DNA from: Octopus bimaculoides
Lineage: Eukaryota
Assembly: GCF_001194135.2 (NCBI RefSeq)
Contig: NC_068990.1
Span: forward strand, 84,249,070 to 84,313,069
DNA length: 64,000 nucleotides
Reading direction: 5' to 3'
Below are positions 22,461-35,480 of this stretch, in pieces. The notes beneath the pieces were generated by a model that did no database searches, was not told the origin of the DNA, and saw only the letters and a program-made list of their open reading frames with translations. Numbering within the stretch: the stretch's first letter is position 1; each line of letters opens with the position of its first letter. The translations under genes and the position numbers were made by a program.

Positions 22461-24824
22461 TCTCACAGCTGCGGAAGAGTGTTAAAATATATATACACAC
22501 AGGCACTTACATTCACACTTACACACACATATGCACACACAATGCATATATTTGGAGTTACTGCCCCCCTAGACAGGTAGCCTGCAATGCGGCTTGCAGA
22601 GACCAAGTCATGGTCTCCATCCAATCTATGTTTGCATGCTTCATCTCCTCATTTCTGTCTTTATTCATCTATGTGCATCTCACTCTCTCTGTCAACCTTC
22701 TGACTGACTGCTGTGTCGTTTCTCTTCTCTCTCTTATTTGTTTCTTACTCTTACTACTACTACAATGGTTAATACTCTTCTGAATACACTGGTTCTTCAC
22801 TGTCATAGGCAAATAGTTGGTGAAAAAGAGCCCTCTGTTTGGCTGTACCCTTTTTCTCTATCTTGTTTACCATACTAAGACAACCATAGTGTCTCTCTAC
22901 CTACTGTTCATATGCCTTTTGAGTATGATAAAAACACATGCACACAGATACACATACACACACACATGCACACTCACACATGCTTACACACACACTTACA
23001 CCTGCATACATAAACACTGAAAAAATTTACTTGTGTCCCTTTACATTGCAAGTTCTAATTTTGCTGTGGTCAAATATGACAGGGCTGATATCTAAACACG
23101 AAGATTGGAGAGTGGAAATATGTTGATATCTCTGTCAAATCTGTAGCTTTGTGCCAACATTAGATTCAACCGAAAGATGAAATAGCAAATAATATTTAAT
23201 AAAATAGTGTTATTAATAAGCACAGAATTAGGAAATATATTACCTGTTTGCCAGCAGTATATTACTTGAACTGTGACAAGGCTGACTGATTGACAAAATA
23301 ACATTATTGACATGAATATGCTTCAATTTTGTTGTCCTGAAATGTAACACGAAAGCAGAACAAACACAACACTCTACAAAAGAGTGTTGAGGGTCTATAT
23401 ATACATTGTGTGTGTGTGTGTGTGTGTGTGAACAAACAGAAGTAGCAGTCATTATGTAGTTGGAGTTATCCAGTAGTTCCTTATACTACTTAAAGTTCTG
23501 TAGATATGAAAGAAAAAAAAAACCATGACCAGCTCCTTGGACCATTTTCACCCCCATGTCTGAGGAACTAGTCATGTTTTTTCATCCACGAAACTTCAAG
23601 TAACCTTAGGAATTATCACTCTCTCTCCCTCTCTTTACATATATATATATAATATTTAATGCACACAATATACAGATACAAGCTACTAATTGTTTCTGTT
23701 TGGAGATGCGAGTCTTATGCTTATCTTTATGCTGTATCCATTAAATAATATTTATCTCCCACTGGATGGAGTACTCTTTATTGCTGATTGTACCTTAATG
23801 AAACAGTAAACTCTCTCTCTCTCTATATATATATATTTGTAATAATGTAGTCAAACCAAATAGCGATATTTCTGAAAACATTTAATATGTATGTTTCAGG
23901 TTTGCATAATATATAACAGGAAAGGCATCCATTATGTAAACCTTCCTCAGTTAAAGCATTTAAAAAATATGGCGAAATTAATGGAAAAAAATTTCAATAT
24001 ATATGCTGTTAGAGCAGTAAGTTGGCTACTAAGTTAAGAGATTAGATATGTATAGAGAGAGGGAGAAAGAAGGAGAGAGAGAGTCTCTCTTCCCCTCTTT
24101 ATACATATCTATTCTCCTAACCTAGAAGCCGACTTACTGATCTAGCCATATATAGATTGAAATAAATATTCCCATCAATATTTCCATATTTTGAAATGAT
24201 TTAATTGGAAAAGGTTTACGTAATAGAGGCATTTCCTATTTTATATCATGCAAACCTGAAATGTGCATATTAAATGACTTTTAAAATAGTACTATTTGGT
24301 TCGACTTCTTTACTATGACTAACACGATTTGATGCCAGTACCAACTAGCTGGTTTTGACTCCACCACATATGTGGACACTCTAACAATGATTTGGAGTAG
24401 TTTATTATGTTTAACATGTAGAAAATTCCAGTACTGTACCCTGCTCCTTAGCATAATATCACACACACACATGCACATACTAGAGATATCACAAGCATGC
24501 ATAAGTCTGTAGTATGTATCATGCTCTTGTTAATTGTTTTAGGTACCTAAATAGTTGTGAGCAGACACAGATGTCCACTTGGCCTCCCATCCTTGATTCA
24601 ATGTAGCTTCCAGGATATGACAACTAGAGCGAGAGAGGGCTGCACCAGCGCTCAGCTTGTACTCAATTCTGTTGTGTAAACTGGAGCACAAGGACACAAA
24701 GCATTATTCATTCCAGTATTCAAACTCCATGACCTTATGGTTGTGAACCCAACATTCTAAATACTAAACCTTGGGCCTGCTCACCCCCCCCCCACACACA
24801 CATGTGAGTCTGTAGTAGATGTAT

Positions 24825-25020
24825 ACAAGGGGGGTGCTGAAAAGTTTCTGGCTTTGGGTAAAAGAAAATACAGGAGGGTCAGTTAAGTATGAATATATTC
24901 AACATATTCTCCTCTCTGGTTCACACACTTTTTGCAGCAGTCCTTCGGTTTTTCTAAGCCCTGTAAAAAAAAAATTCAGAAGGTTGGGTCTGCAACCAAG
25001 CCTTTTGCAATATTCTTTCC
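24825..25020 (-). mobile_element. Mariner 3' end with TIR
   Basis: TA|CAAGGGGG.TGCTGAAAAGTT terminus; minus strand ...KVCEPERRIC-like remnant of the KCV...GEYVE C-terminus. Confidence 0.7.
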
Positions 25021-26522
25021 AGCACCACCTCGTATGTATAATGTATACGCATATGTATGATGTTTCAACCCAGCTAACATGTGGATTCAATGAAAGCAAG
25101 CTGGAAAGTAATGAAATTAAACCTGTTCTATTTAGTTGATGTAACAGATGTCAACAAGGGTGTGATATTGTAACAGTTGCAGCCTGTAAGAGCTTTTGGT
25201 TTGTTAATTGTTGCACCACTAAATGTGTTGCATCGCTGCATAATGTAATGGTTGTTGTGTCACTACCAAGTTGCACTGACTGTTGAAACAACTGTTATTT
25301 AGAATGTTGGTTGTTAGAATGGCCATACTCTGTTATCAGCAATTATGTATACATGTTGTTACAGCATAATAGTAATTGCTGATTAGTTGGGAAGAGTTAA
25401 ACCAATTAATTTTAGTAAATTTATTCAGACGACTGGTACATCACATGTTACATTTATTAAAAAAATGTGTGTTTGCTAACCTTTGTTCTCTTTTATTTAT
25501 TTATATATGTATTTATATTTTCTGTATTCATGCATTAATTGTGGACTTTGTTATTTATTTCCACAATTTATGCTTGTGCATTCCATAAGACATTGTCTTT
25601 GTTATTGTAATCTAATATATATATATATATATATATATATTGTGTGTGTGTGTGTTTGTGTGTTCCTATCTATCAACCCATCCATCTGTCGGTTTATCTT
25701 TCTATCCATCTATCCATCAATCTACCTATCATCCAGGTTCCACTAACAGAATGAGTGAATCAACAACATAGGCTAGCGATAATGTGGGATTAATGAGTTA
25801 GATAATGAATAGAAAGTCAAAGGTTGATAGATGAACCACTCTTATTGCCAGCTAAAACCAAAACATCAAGAAATAAGATTAATTAAATTATGAATTAAGA
25901 TGGAACACTTGTGGAAGGTATCTGTTCAGTCTACTATCTTGTTCATACTATTCTCAGTGATTAAGTCTTTTCTACAAGGACAAAGAAATAAGACTAGCAT
26001 CTGTAATGTTCGCTCTAAGACCCTTTTACGTTTTATCAATGAGGATTGGCCCTGTTGACTTTTTTAGATGAAGGATACAATTGAGAAAAATTGATAATTT
26101 TCCCTGTGACATCGAACCAGTCTCATGGTGTCTGTTTTCTGGGTGATTACCACATATACCATGATATTTGCTACTGAGCTAACGAATGAACACTATCTCT
26201 TAGTGTTCATAGATCAGTTTTAACTCCACTACTACTGTAACCATATTCCACACCTTTGCCCATGACTTGGTTATCAATTTGCTATCAGATTTTTATCGAT
26301 GTTGCTTTAAGTGTACAAACTGTAAAATTAGTTTACATGTAAAAACTTGTTTTGAAAACTCATGTCACTGAAATCAGTGTTTTTATATTTGCTCAGGTCA
26401 TAACTTTCATATTAATTCCATTCAGCTGTCCTTAATCATGTCTTAGCCAGGTTGGATTTGAAGAGCATAAAATCCCAACAAGGCAACTCGCTTATTTTCT
26501 CTTGTGGAATATTTATTTAGTT

Positions 26523-26836
26523 CAGGGGTTCTTTGATTACTATTTTATCTTGGTGGACCCCTAAAGGCATGCGATATTTAAAAACTAGTTTCATAGAAAC
26601 CTCTTTCAAAATTCCTATTTTGTTTTTCACACATTCACTTGTTTAGGTTGAACTACGTAAAATGTTAGCGAAAGAAACCTAGCTGTTTCATGTAATACAA
26701 ACAGCTAAAACAAAATTTTTTTCAGGAGCCCTTAGAACACTATTGTGGATCCCCGATTTACTATTTTGTTATGTGGAACCCCTAAAATCTCATATGGACT
26801 CTCAGGTGCCATATGGATCCCAGTTGAGAACCACTG
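26523..26836. mobile_element. hAT (Charlie-like) MITE family 2, left end partly deleted
   Basis: CAGGGGTTCT...GTTGAGAACCACTG with perfect 8-bp TSD ATTTAGTT. Confidence 0.88.
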
Positions 26837-28751
26837 ATTTAGTTGAAGGAAAATGGGGAAGAGAGTATCCATAGCTTTTGTAGGCCCATCCAGACAGGTG
26901 TGGTTGTTGTTTAGCTTGAACCTTGGCCTCTATCTATAAGGAAAATGAAAGCAGAACAGGACTTCTATAGGTTTTCAGTTTTAGTGAGGAAAGGACTGGG
27001 TAAAATATTCAGTTGAGAGGTTTACTGAATAAATCACTGTAAATTTAAGAGGAAGGAAGGCTGTGTTGGGTGGTACATGGCTTGCTGGTTCAGAAGAGCA
27101 GAAGCCTTATGGAAGAGGTGTGTTGAAGAAATGGCATATCAGTGAATAGGTGATTTAGTATGTTGATAAGTGAACATTTACAAAGCAAACTACTACTGAA
27201 TTGTTTGGGATGGGATGTAGGGAACAGTCTAGGGTGTACGTGTAGCTGCTATGAAGAAGATATTTCAAGTAGGAAGAGTGAACCACATTGACTAAACTTA
27301 GCCTTCAAATCTTCCCATTAACAAAAGACATTTACAGACAGGCTGACATTCCTTATCAAAAGTGTGAAATATTCCTTTATCAGATAATTTTGGGGAAGCT
27401 GAGATAAATTCTCTAGAGCACTTTAGTTCTAATGGAAGGCACTTTTCTAAAGCATCTTAAGAATCAGACTCTATTAAACATGAGCCACCTTCTCTTTATG
27501 AATACCACAATCTCTCAATTTTTCAATAGATACCCCTAAATATTCACCACCCTAATTATCTATGAATTGATTGATTCATTTCATTTTCAAGTCAACTTTG
27601 AAATAATAGTGATATAATTGCTAACAAAGTCACCTTTATTAGTACTTTTATTGTAGCCCCAGCCTACAAGAATTACTGGACTTGAACTCAGTATCTTGAG
27701 CTCATGAAACCTCCTTTATAATACCGGGCCTTTTCCAACTGAGCCATTTCCAACCTGTTGATACCTGTTTGCAATTAGCTAAACTGGGCTTTTGAAATTA
27801 AATCTCTTGATCACAGCCTGTAAGCACTGCTAGGGACAGAACATAAACATCTGACTCATTCAATTGATTATCTGATATCCCTGTTGACTCAGTCATTTGA
27901 AGCTTTGAGTGACTAATTTATAAACAAGGAAATAAGGTAGCCTTTATGTGGTCAGTTGACCTGCTAGAAGTAGCAGTCAAATCCCTTTCAAATTACATCT
28001 ACCAACCACGTAAGAAAATTAAAAAAATGAATACCTTGAATAAAGTAATCCAAGGTACACTGTTACCAAAAACTAGATGAGATGGTAATATCTGGTACGT
28101 CTTTGATCATAGAGATGTTCAATTTGAGTTGACCACTACTTGAGTGAAAAACACACAGAATTAAATGGAGTGTATAGATTGAATTTGCATTGTTGGGTCA
28201 CTACTTGGATCTCTTTTGATCATTTTGCTTCTTATAGTATTGGCATATTTTAACTCGCATATCAAGCTGTTGTAGTATAGCTTCAGGTCAGCTTCGATGC
28301 AGTAGACTTACTGGTCACTTGACTAAATAACTTGGTGCTACTGACAGGTTTTATTTTTTAAGATGTTAGAGGTAAATTTGTAGGAGATTTCACTGTTATT
28401 TCTAGCATCTCATGTGACTACATAGGGGCTGTTTCATTGGGCATGTCTGATATTGTTGCAGGGATTAAAAGAATTAATAAAAAGTACTGGATAAATACTA
28501 CATTTTTGGGGGGAAAAATTCAAATCATGTCAATATTCATGTTGTCGTTCACCACATTGGTGAGGGTGGGCGATAAACATGTACCAGTCATATACTGGGA
28601 GCGATCTAATCACTATTTTCCTCACCCACCTACTCGAATTAATGGTCTTATGCCTTTAGGGATCGTTCTTCTTATTGTTGTTGCTGTTACCACTGTTGCT
28701 ACTACAGCAACCTTTATTATTACTATTAAACAAAGACACAAACTGTTCACG

Positions 28752-28797
<46 letters not shown>

Positions 28798-29459
28798 GGG
28801 TGTACATGTATGTGTGTGTGTGTGTATTTTGTATTCCAAAGCTACAAACACTAAAAATATATATTATTATTTGCCATTTTTCAGGGTAAGTTTTTTTAAC
28901 ATTTATTTTGAGAAATAGCTGTCAGATCTCCCTCAAACCACACCCTACTCTCTGTCTGTCAAGAAAGGAAATGGTGAAAGACAAATATGGAGCAGTATGG
29001 GCAAGAATTAGAAACACAAACAACAAGTAAAGAGTAGCAGGGTCTGTGTCAAAGAAAGTTTCCAGAATACATTTGTGTGATGTCAAACTATTTTCTTTTT
29101 GTTTCAGTCTCTTTTTTTAATTTGTCTTGTTTCTCTCTCTCTCTCTCTGGTATAGTGGAATAAAAAGAGATATCAAAAGAAAAATACATACAAAGAGAGG
29201 GAGGGAGAAAAATAAATAGACAGGGGAAAGATAGTGATAGTGACAATGGCAATAGTTTGAAAAGACTGTATAACACGTTCATTTGCATAATTTGTTGTAA
29301 AACACTTTCTGAGATAACTCTCTTGTTAAACTCCTCTAGCTTGAGTGATGCCAGATATGAGTCAACGCAATGCAGTCTCTGTACATTGGCTTCAGCTTGG
29401 AGTCACAACTGTGTCATAGACTCATTCAACTTATTACATACTGAAATATTGCTCTACAC

Positions 29460-29612
29460 CAGTGTTTCTCAACCTTTTTACCATTGCGTAACCCTTAAAA
29501 TAAACTGCATGTCTCAAGGAACCCCTGCACAAAACAAAATTATATACCATATCTTTGTCATATATTTTCATCGTAGTTCACATGGCAAATACCACACACA
29601 CACACACACACG

Positions 29613-29647
<35 letters not shown>

Positions 29648-29739
29648 TTATATATATCATGAAATTAGCATTAGCTTATCTCACTCTTTCTCACAGAAAC
29701 CCTAGGAATCTTTTGTGGAACCCCAGTTGAGAAACACTG
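29460..29739. mobile_element. hAT (Charlie-like) MITE family 1
   Basis: TIR CAGTGTTTCTCAAC; perfect 8-bp TSD CTCTACAC (29452-29459 and 29740-29747). Confidence 0.92.
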
Positions 29740-30939
29740 CTCTACACCAATGTAAATATATAATATTAGTTTCTAATTTTGGCACAAGGCCAGCAATTTT
29801 GGAAGAGGGGTTAAGCTGATTGCATCAACCCCAGTGTTCAACTGNNNNNNNNNNNNNNNNNNNNNNNNNNNNNNNNNNNNNNNNNNNNNNNNNNNNNNNN
29901 NNNNNNNNNNNNNNNNNNNNNNNNNNNNNNNNNNNNNNNNNNNNNNNNNNNNNNNNNNNNNNNNNNNNNNNNNNNNNNNNNNNNNNNNNNNNNNNNNNNN
30001 NNNNNNNNNNNNNNNNNNNNNNNNNNNNNNNNNNNNNNNNNNNNNNNNNNNNNNNNNNNNNNNNNNNNNNNNNNNNNNNNNNNNNNNNNNNNNNNNNNNN
30101 NNNNNNNNNNNNNNNNNNNNNNNNNNNNNNNNNNNNNNNNNNNNNNNNNNNNNNNNNNNNNNNNNNNNNNNNNNNNNNNNNNNNNNNNNNNNNNNNNNNN
30201 NGTGGTGGTGGTGGTGGTGATTTCCAACATAGGTACAAGGCTACCAAATTGTTTAGAGAGGAATGTTGTAAATTTAACTGACTCAAATACATAAATAATA
30301 CTTATTTTGATTGACTTCTGGATAGGTTAGAAACCAAGATGATCTTGGCAAGATTTAAACTCAAAACGCAAATATAAGATTCTCAATTATTCTATCGGTT
30401 CTGTGATGCATCACTCATTGTAGCATCTATATCTCTGTCAGTTGCTGTTCTAGGAAGAATAAACAACTATGAAATTATTATCATTTAATGTCAGTCAGAC
30501 TGCTTGGTCTGAAATGAAATGTGACCTACATTACCAAGAATATTTTGGGTGGTGCCAGATGTGGTTGGTGACAACAGACAGACCTACCTACACACACTTG
30601 CATTCAATCTCGATCAACAAGAGACAATAGATTTGTTTAATATTTCTCCTGGTTGCTTCTGTTTTATTGACAGACTAATCAAAAAGTTATTGGAAAGCAA
30701 CTGAATTAATTTGCTGTTATTATGGTTGTTTAACCCCAGGTCAGTGCTGAACAGACTTATGAACAAAGATATTTTTGCTATGACCACCGTCATGTCATTT
30801 CTTCAGAAATGGCATGTTAAGGATGTGAGTTGAAGATTTGACTGATATTTCTAGCAGGCCAAGCAACTGTGTTGAGATTCTCCTCATTTACTGTGTACAG
30901 AATCATTTTATGAAGTACTTGCAAATAAGATATATATGC

Positions 30940-31330
30940 AGGAGTGGCTATGTGGTAAGTAGCTTGCTTACCAACCACATGGTTCCGGGTTCAGTCCCAC
31001 TGCGTGGTACCTTGGGCAAGTATCTTCTACTATAGCCTCAGGCCAACCAAAGCCTTGTGAATGGATTTGGTAGATGGAAACTGAAAGAAGCCTGTCGTAT
31101 ATATGTATATATATATGTGTATGTTTGTGTGTCTGTGTTTGTCCCCCCAACATCGCTTGACAACCGATGCTGGTGTCTTTACGTCCCCGTAACTTAGTGG
31201 TTCGGCAAAAGAGATCGATAGAATAAGTATTAGGCTTCCAAAGAATAAGTCCTGGGGTCAATTTGCTCGACTAAAGGCGGTGCTCCAGTATGGCCGCAGT
31301 CAAATGACTGAAACAAGTAAAAGAGTAAAA
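30940..31330 (+). mobile_element. SINE family B, full length (tRNA-like head, CORE/Meta-like ccttgggcaag segment, internal microsatellite)
   Basis: A box/B box-like head and a 3' end aaacaagtaaaagag shared with other copies. Confidence 0.9.
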
Positions 31331-31589
31331 ACAGAAATAAATGTTCCGCCAATAAATTATATAAATTTTTATTCACTCATTTCTGCAATGGCTTGTTGAA
31401 TTTCTAGAATTTTTACTACATGGTAAATATTCATAACCTCTTACTAGTATAGCTTTTGGAGCAATGTTCTGCACTAAATTTACCACATGGTATATACTTT
31501 TCTACTTTAGGCACAAGGGCTAATTTATAGGTTTCTTTCTCTAACATTTTACATGTTCAACTTACATAAGTTAATGTGTGAATAACAAA

Positions 31590-31841
31590 ACAGGAATTTC
31601 GAAAGAAGTTTCAATAAAACCAGTTTTTATACATCAAATGGTGATGGGGGTCCACCAGAATAAAATAGTAATCAAAGGGGTCCATAGATAAAAAAAATGT
31701 TTAGAACCCCTGGGCTAGATGGGTACTTACTGAGGCAGTATTTTATGGCTGCATGCTGAAATAGAAGATATATACCTAAGGTCCCATGCAGATGAATTTG
31801 AGACTATGTGGTTGGAAAACAAACTTTTTAACCACATAGCA
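31590..31841. repeat. 252-bp segment duplicated in inverted orientation at 36420-36670
   Basis: About 6 differences by eye; includes a hAT MITE piece, a SINE remnant and the junction between them. Confidence 0.9.
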
Positions 31842-32239
31842 GTATGTATGTATGTATGTACGTACGTACATATGTATATATGTGCGTACGTATGTACATA
31901 TGTATGTATGTATGTATGTATGTATACGTATGTTTGTTTGTTCATTCTTCCTTTAAAATATGTTTTGTAGCAGTTGTTGGAAGCCATTGTATATAAATTT
32001 TAAAAAATCGTTATATTTAAACTAGTTTATCTTCAATTTGATGTCTATAATTTTTCCTTAGATATATTGTCAATTGGATTTGAAAGTTATTGATTTCTTA
32101 TATAGATACAATAGAAGCCGAGTAGACTAGGCATTGGACTACTAGCATATGGTACATATGTTCAAATACACTGTTCATCTGGTCAATCTTGCTTGTACTT
32201 ACTCTGATCACGCCGCCCATCATGATCTCACATACCATT

Positions 32240-33100
32240 TGGGAGGTCAGTCGGGCAATCCACTATCATAATAATAATAATAATAGTATTAAAGTCAAGA
32301 GTGCAGTGGGACAAAAATAAAATGGGAAAAAAAGGCAAACAAGATTGTGATTGAATGTTGGCTGAGAATGAGCCAAATAAAAGAAGTTTCATGAAGTGAA
32401 TGAAGAGAATTTGGGATGAAAAAGGAGTTTTTGAATATTCCACCCAGTGACTGATAGGCCAGGGAAAGATTAGAGATTGAAGAAATTTAGAGAAGAATAA
32501 AAAATGAACAGGAAAAGTGAAACAACAGTAGCAGAAAGTGGTAATGAAGGGGGAAGAGATGAAAAAGAAGGAAATCACTATGTGCCTGAGAAATAACGAT
32601 GGAGTAGACAGTAAAGGTGATCTAAATGGAGAAGTGACAATAAATGTTGAACAAGACTTGGATGCTGAAGAGAAGGAGATTCTAGAAATGCTGCAAGGTA
32701 AAATGTTTGGTGTGAACAATGAAATGCCATCGAATGTAAGGCATATGGACAAAGGGAAAATAAGGAGAGCCATAGGCAAAGTAAATGGCATTTTGAGCTT
32801 GGTTTAAAATGGAGAACATTAGAGAAACAGACCAGCTAATCATAGCTGCTGATAATGTAGCTGATATAATAGGATACAAGTAGAAGATAGTTGAAGAAAA
32901 GAAAGAACCAAAGTGGAGGAAGAGAATACGAATGAAGATGGAAAAGATACAGAAGGAACTGGGTCAATTAAATAGGATAACGAGAGGAGAACTGAAGAAT
33001 GAAGTTGTAATCTGAAAATTGAATGGGTGGCACAGGATGGAATAGAGGGGAAAGCAAATAGTACATGAAGAATTGTCGCAAAGAGTGATGGCATTAAAGG
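32240..33100 (+). mobile_element. R4/Dong-like non-LTR internal relic
   Basis: EMPSNVRHMDKGKIRRAIGKVNGILSLV..ETDQLIIAADNVADI resembles the pre-RT region of R4/Rex6-type ORFs. Confidence 0.55.
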
Positions 33101-33875
33101 TTAAATTGAAAAGATATGATGCTAGATGACAAAGTTTTGAACAGAATAGATTGTTTCAATTAAATGAAAGGTGCTTTTTTTTTTTGTTTTGAAGAAATAG
33201 AGGGCCAAAAGACATGTTTACCTGAAAGATCAGAAATGAACAACACCGTTTGTATAACAATGATGTTTGTTTATCACTGTTGCATGATACCAAGACTTAG
33301 AGAAACACACACACACACACACACANNNNNNNNNNNNNNNNNNNNNNNNNNNNNNNNNNNNNNNNNNNNNNNNNNNNNNNNNNNNNNNNNNNNNNNNNNN
33401 NNNNNNNNNNNNNNNNNNNNNNNNNNNNNNNNNNNNNNNNNNNNNNNNNNNNNNNNNNNNNNNNNNNNNNNNNNNNNNNNNNNNNNNNNNNNNNNNNNNN
33501 NNNNNNNNNNNNNNNNNNNNNNNNNNNNNNNNNNNNNNNNNNNNNNNNNNNNNNNNNNNNNNNNNNNNNNNNNNNNNNNNNNNNNNNNNNNNNNNNNNNN
33601 NNNNNNNNNNNNNNNNNNNNNNNNNNNNNNNNNNNNNNNNNNNNNNNNNNNNNNNNNNNNNNNNNNNNNNNNNNNNNNNNNNNNNNNNNNNNNNNNNNNN
33701 NNNNNNNNNNNNNNNNNNNNNNNNNNNNNNNNNNNNNNNNNNNNNNNNNNNNNNNNNNNNNNNNNNNNNNNNNNNNNNNNNNNNNNNNNNNNNNNNNNNN
33801 NNNNNAATTTTTAAAAATTACATGAAACTAACAGAATTATTTTTATCTCTATTTCCAAGAATAATTAAATAATCA

Positions 33876-34242
33876 GGTGATCTTACGGTACGAGTCCTAA
33901 ATATCTGCCTTTTCCGTAAAAAGTGTTGGAGAGAAACAGGGAAACGACGTCATAAAAGCGAAAGACATACAGAGAGCGCGATTTATTTTGAAGGGGTTAG
34001 GGTTTGGGTTAGGGAATTCCGTCCCTAACCGTAACCGTAACCCTAAACACTAACCCTAACTCTAAAACCCTAACCCTGACACTAAAACCCTAACCCTAAC
34101 ACTGTAGTGAAGATCGTGCGGGTGTTACGGAGGAGGCCGATCTTTGGTAAAGATTGCCGAAGACACTTTTTATGGAAAAGGCCGATATTTTGGACTCGTA
34201 CCGTAAGATCGCTTTGGTATGAGTCCTAACCGTAAGATCGCC
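33876..34242. mobile_element. MITE with GG termini, 8-bp TSD and internal telomeric repeats (Merlin-like)
   Basis: GGTGATCTTACGGT...ACCGTAAGATCGCC; TSD AATAATCA (33868-33875, 34243-34250); 48-bp inverted repeat 33879-33926 / 34163-34210; TTAGGG and CCCTAA tracts inside. Confidence 0.85.
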
Positions 34243-35071
34243 AATAATCATTTTCTAAATGTATTGTTACGTTAGGTAATATATGAACTTAACTAGAATT
34301 TCTGCTATTTCTAGCACTAGTTTCATAAATTCAAAATAATCAGTATATATAGGGTTTAACACATACTTTAAGAAATTATTATTTCTTATATTTAATTGTT
34401 TATGTCATGATTTTATTTACTCCATGTACCCAGACTTTGTGGACACCCTCTATAATATATCGTAGTGTATACAATTGCTTATGTATCTAATGCAACATTT
34501 TGCAGAGATTATTTCAGCTGATAGGCAAAAGTATGTAAAAATGCCAGCACATTTACAATATCCCACCCTTTTCTACTTATTAAAAAGGCGTTTTAAGTAT
34601 AATATTCTCTCTAGAACTTCTCAGGTCTAGGGTGGTGGAATGGCAGCCATGTAAGAACAGAGAGTTGATCTAAATGATCTGTAGTAATTTACAGTTTAAT
34701 TCCTGTAAATCTACAATTCTTAACCTGGGGAAATTTGCTCTCAGGGTTGGGAGGGGTGGATTTTGGGATTCCAGTGGAGGGAAATTTATGGATGCAAGTG
34801 AGGAAATTGTTTTTAGATTGAAAAATAATCTAAAAAACATTATTATTATTCATACTGTTTTTGCTAGATTTATCTTAATGATTATTTCAAGGATGTTAAT
34901 GTTAAATTGATACAAACTATTCCTGATATGTAATAAATTGTATTGTATACAAAAATACGTTTTTCTTATATATGGAGAGTGGGAAATTGGGATGCTTAAC
35001 TGGTAAAGAGGGGAAATACAGGGGGAAGAAAAGGGTTAAGAAGCACTGCTCTAAGTTATGAGTAAAAAAAA

Positions 35072-35210
35072 AACTTGCTTGCCAACCACATGGTTCCGGG
35101 TTCAGTCCCACTGCGTGGTACCTTGGGCAAGTATCTTCTACTATAGCCTCAGGCCAACCAAAGCCTTGTGAATGGATTTGGTAGATGGAAACTGAAAGAA
35201 GCCTGTTGTA

Positions 35211-35272
<62 letters not shown>

Positions 35273-35480
35273 TGTGTCTGTGTTTATCCCCTCACCATCG
35301 CTTGACAACCGATGCTGGTGTGTTTACGTCCCCGTAACTTAGTGGTTCGGCAAAAAGAGCCCGATAAAATAAGTACTAGGCTCATAAAGAATAAGTCCTG
35401 GGGTCGATTTTCTCGACTAAAAGGTGGTGCTCCAGCATGGCCGCAGTCAAATGACTGAAACAAGTAAAAGAGAATAAAAG
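35072..35480 (+). mobile_element. SINE family B, slightly 5'-truncated
   Basis: Same family as 30940-31330. Confidence 0.9.

Noticed and set aside
11350-33814. Long ORFs containing X runs, or HT/VC/YI/II repeats (many in the ORF track)
   Set aside because: Artefacts of N gaps and (CA)n, (TA)n and (ATT)n microsatellites.
33993-34100. True telomere or chromosome-fusion site
   Set aside because: Short, degenerate and enclosed by TIRs and a TSD, so it is transposon cargo.
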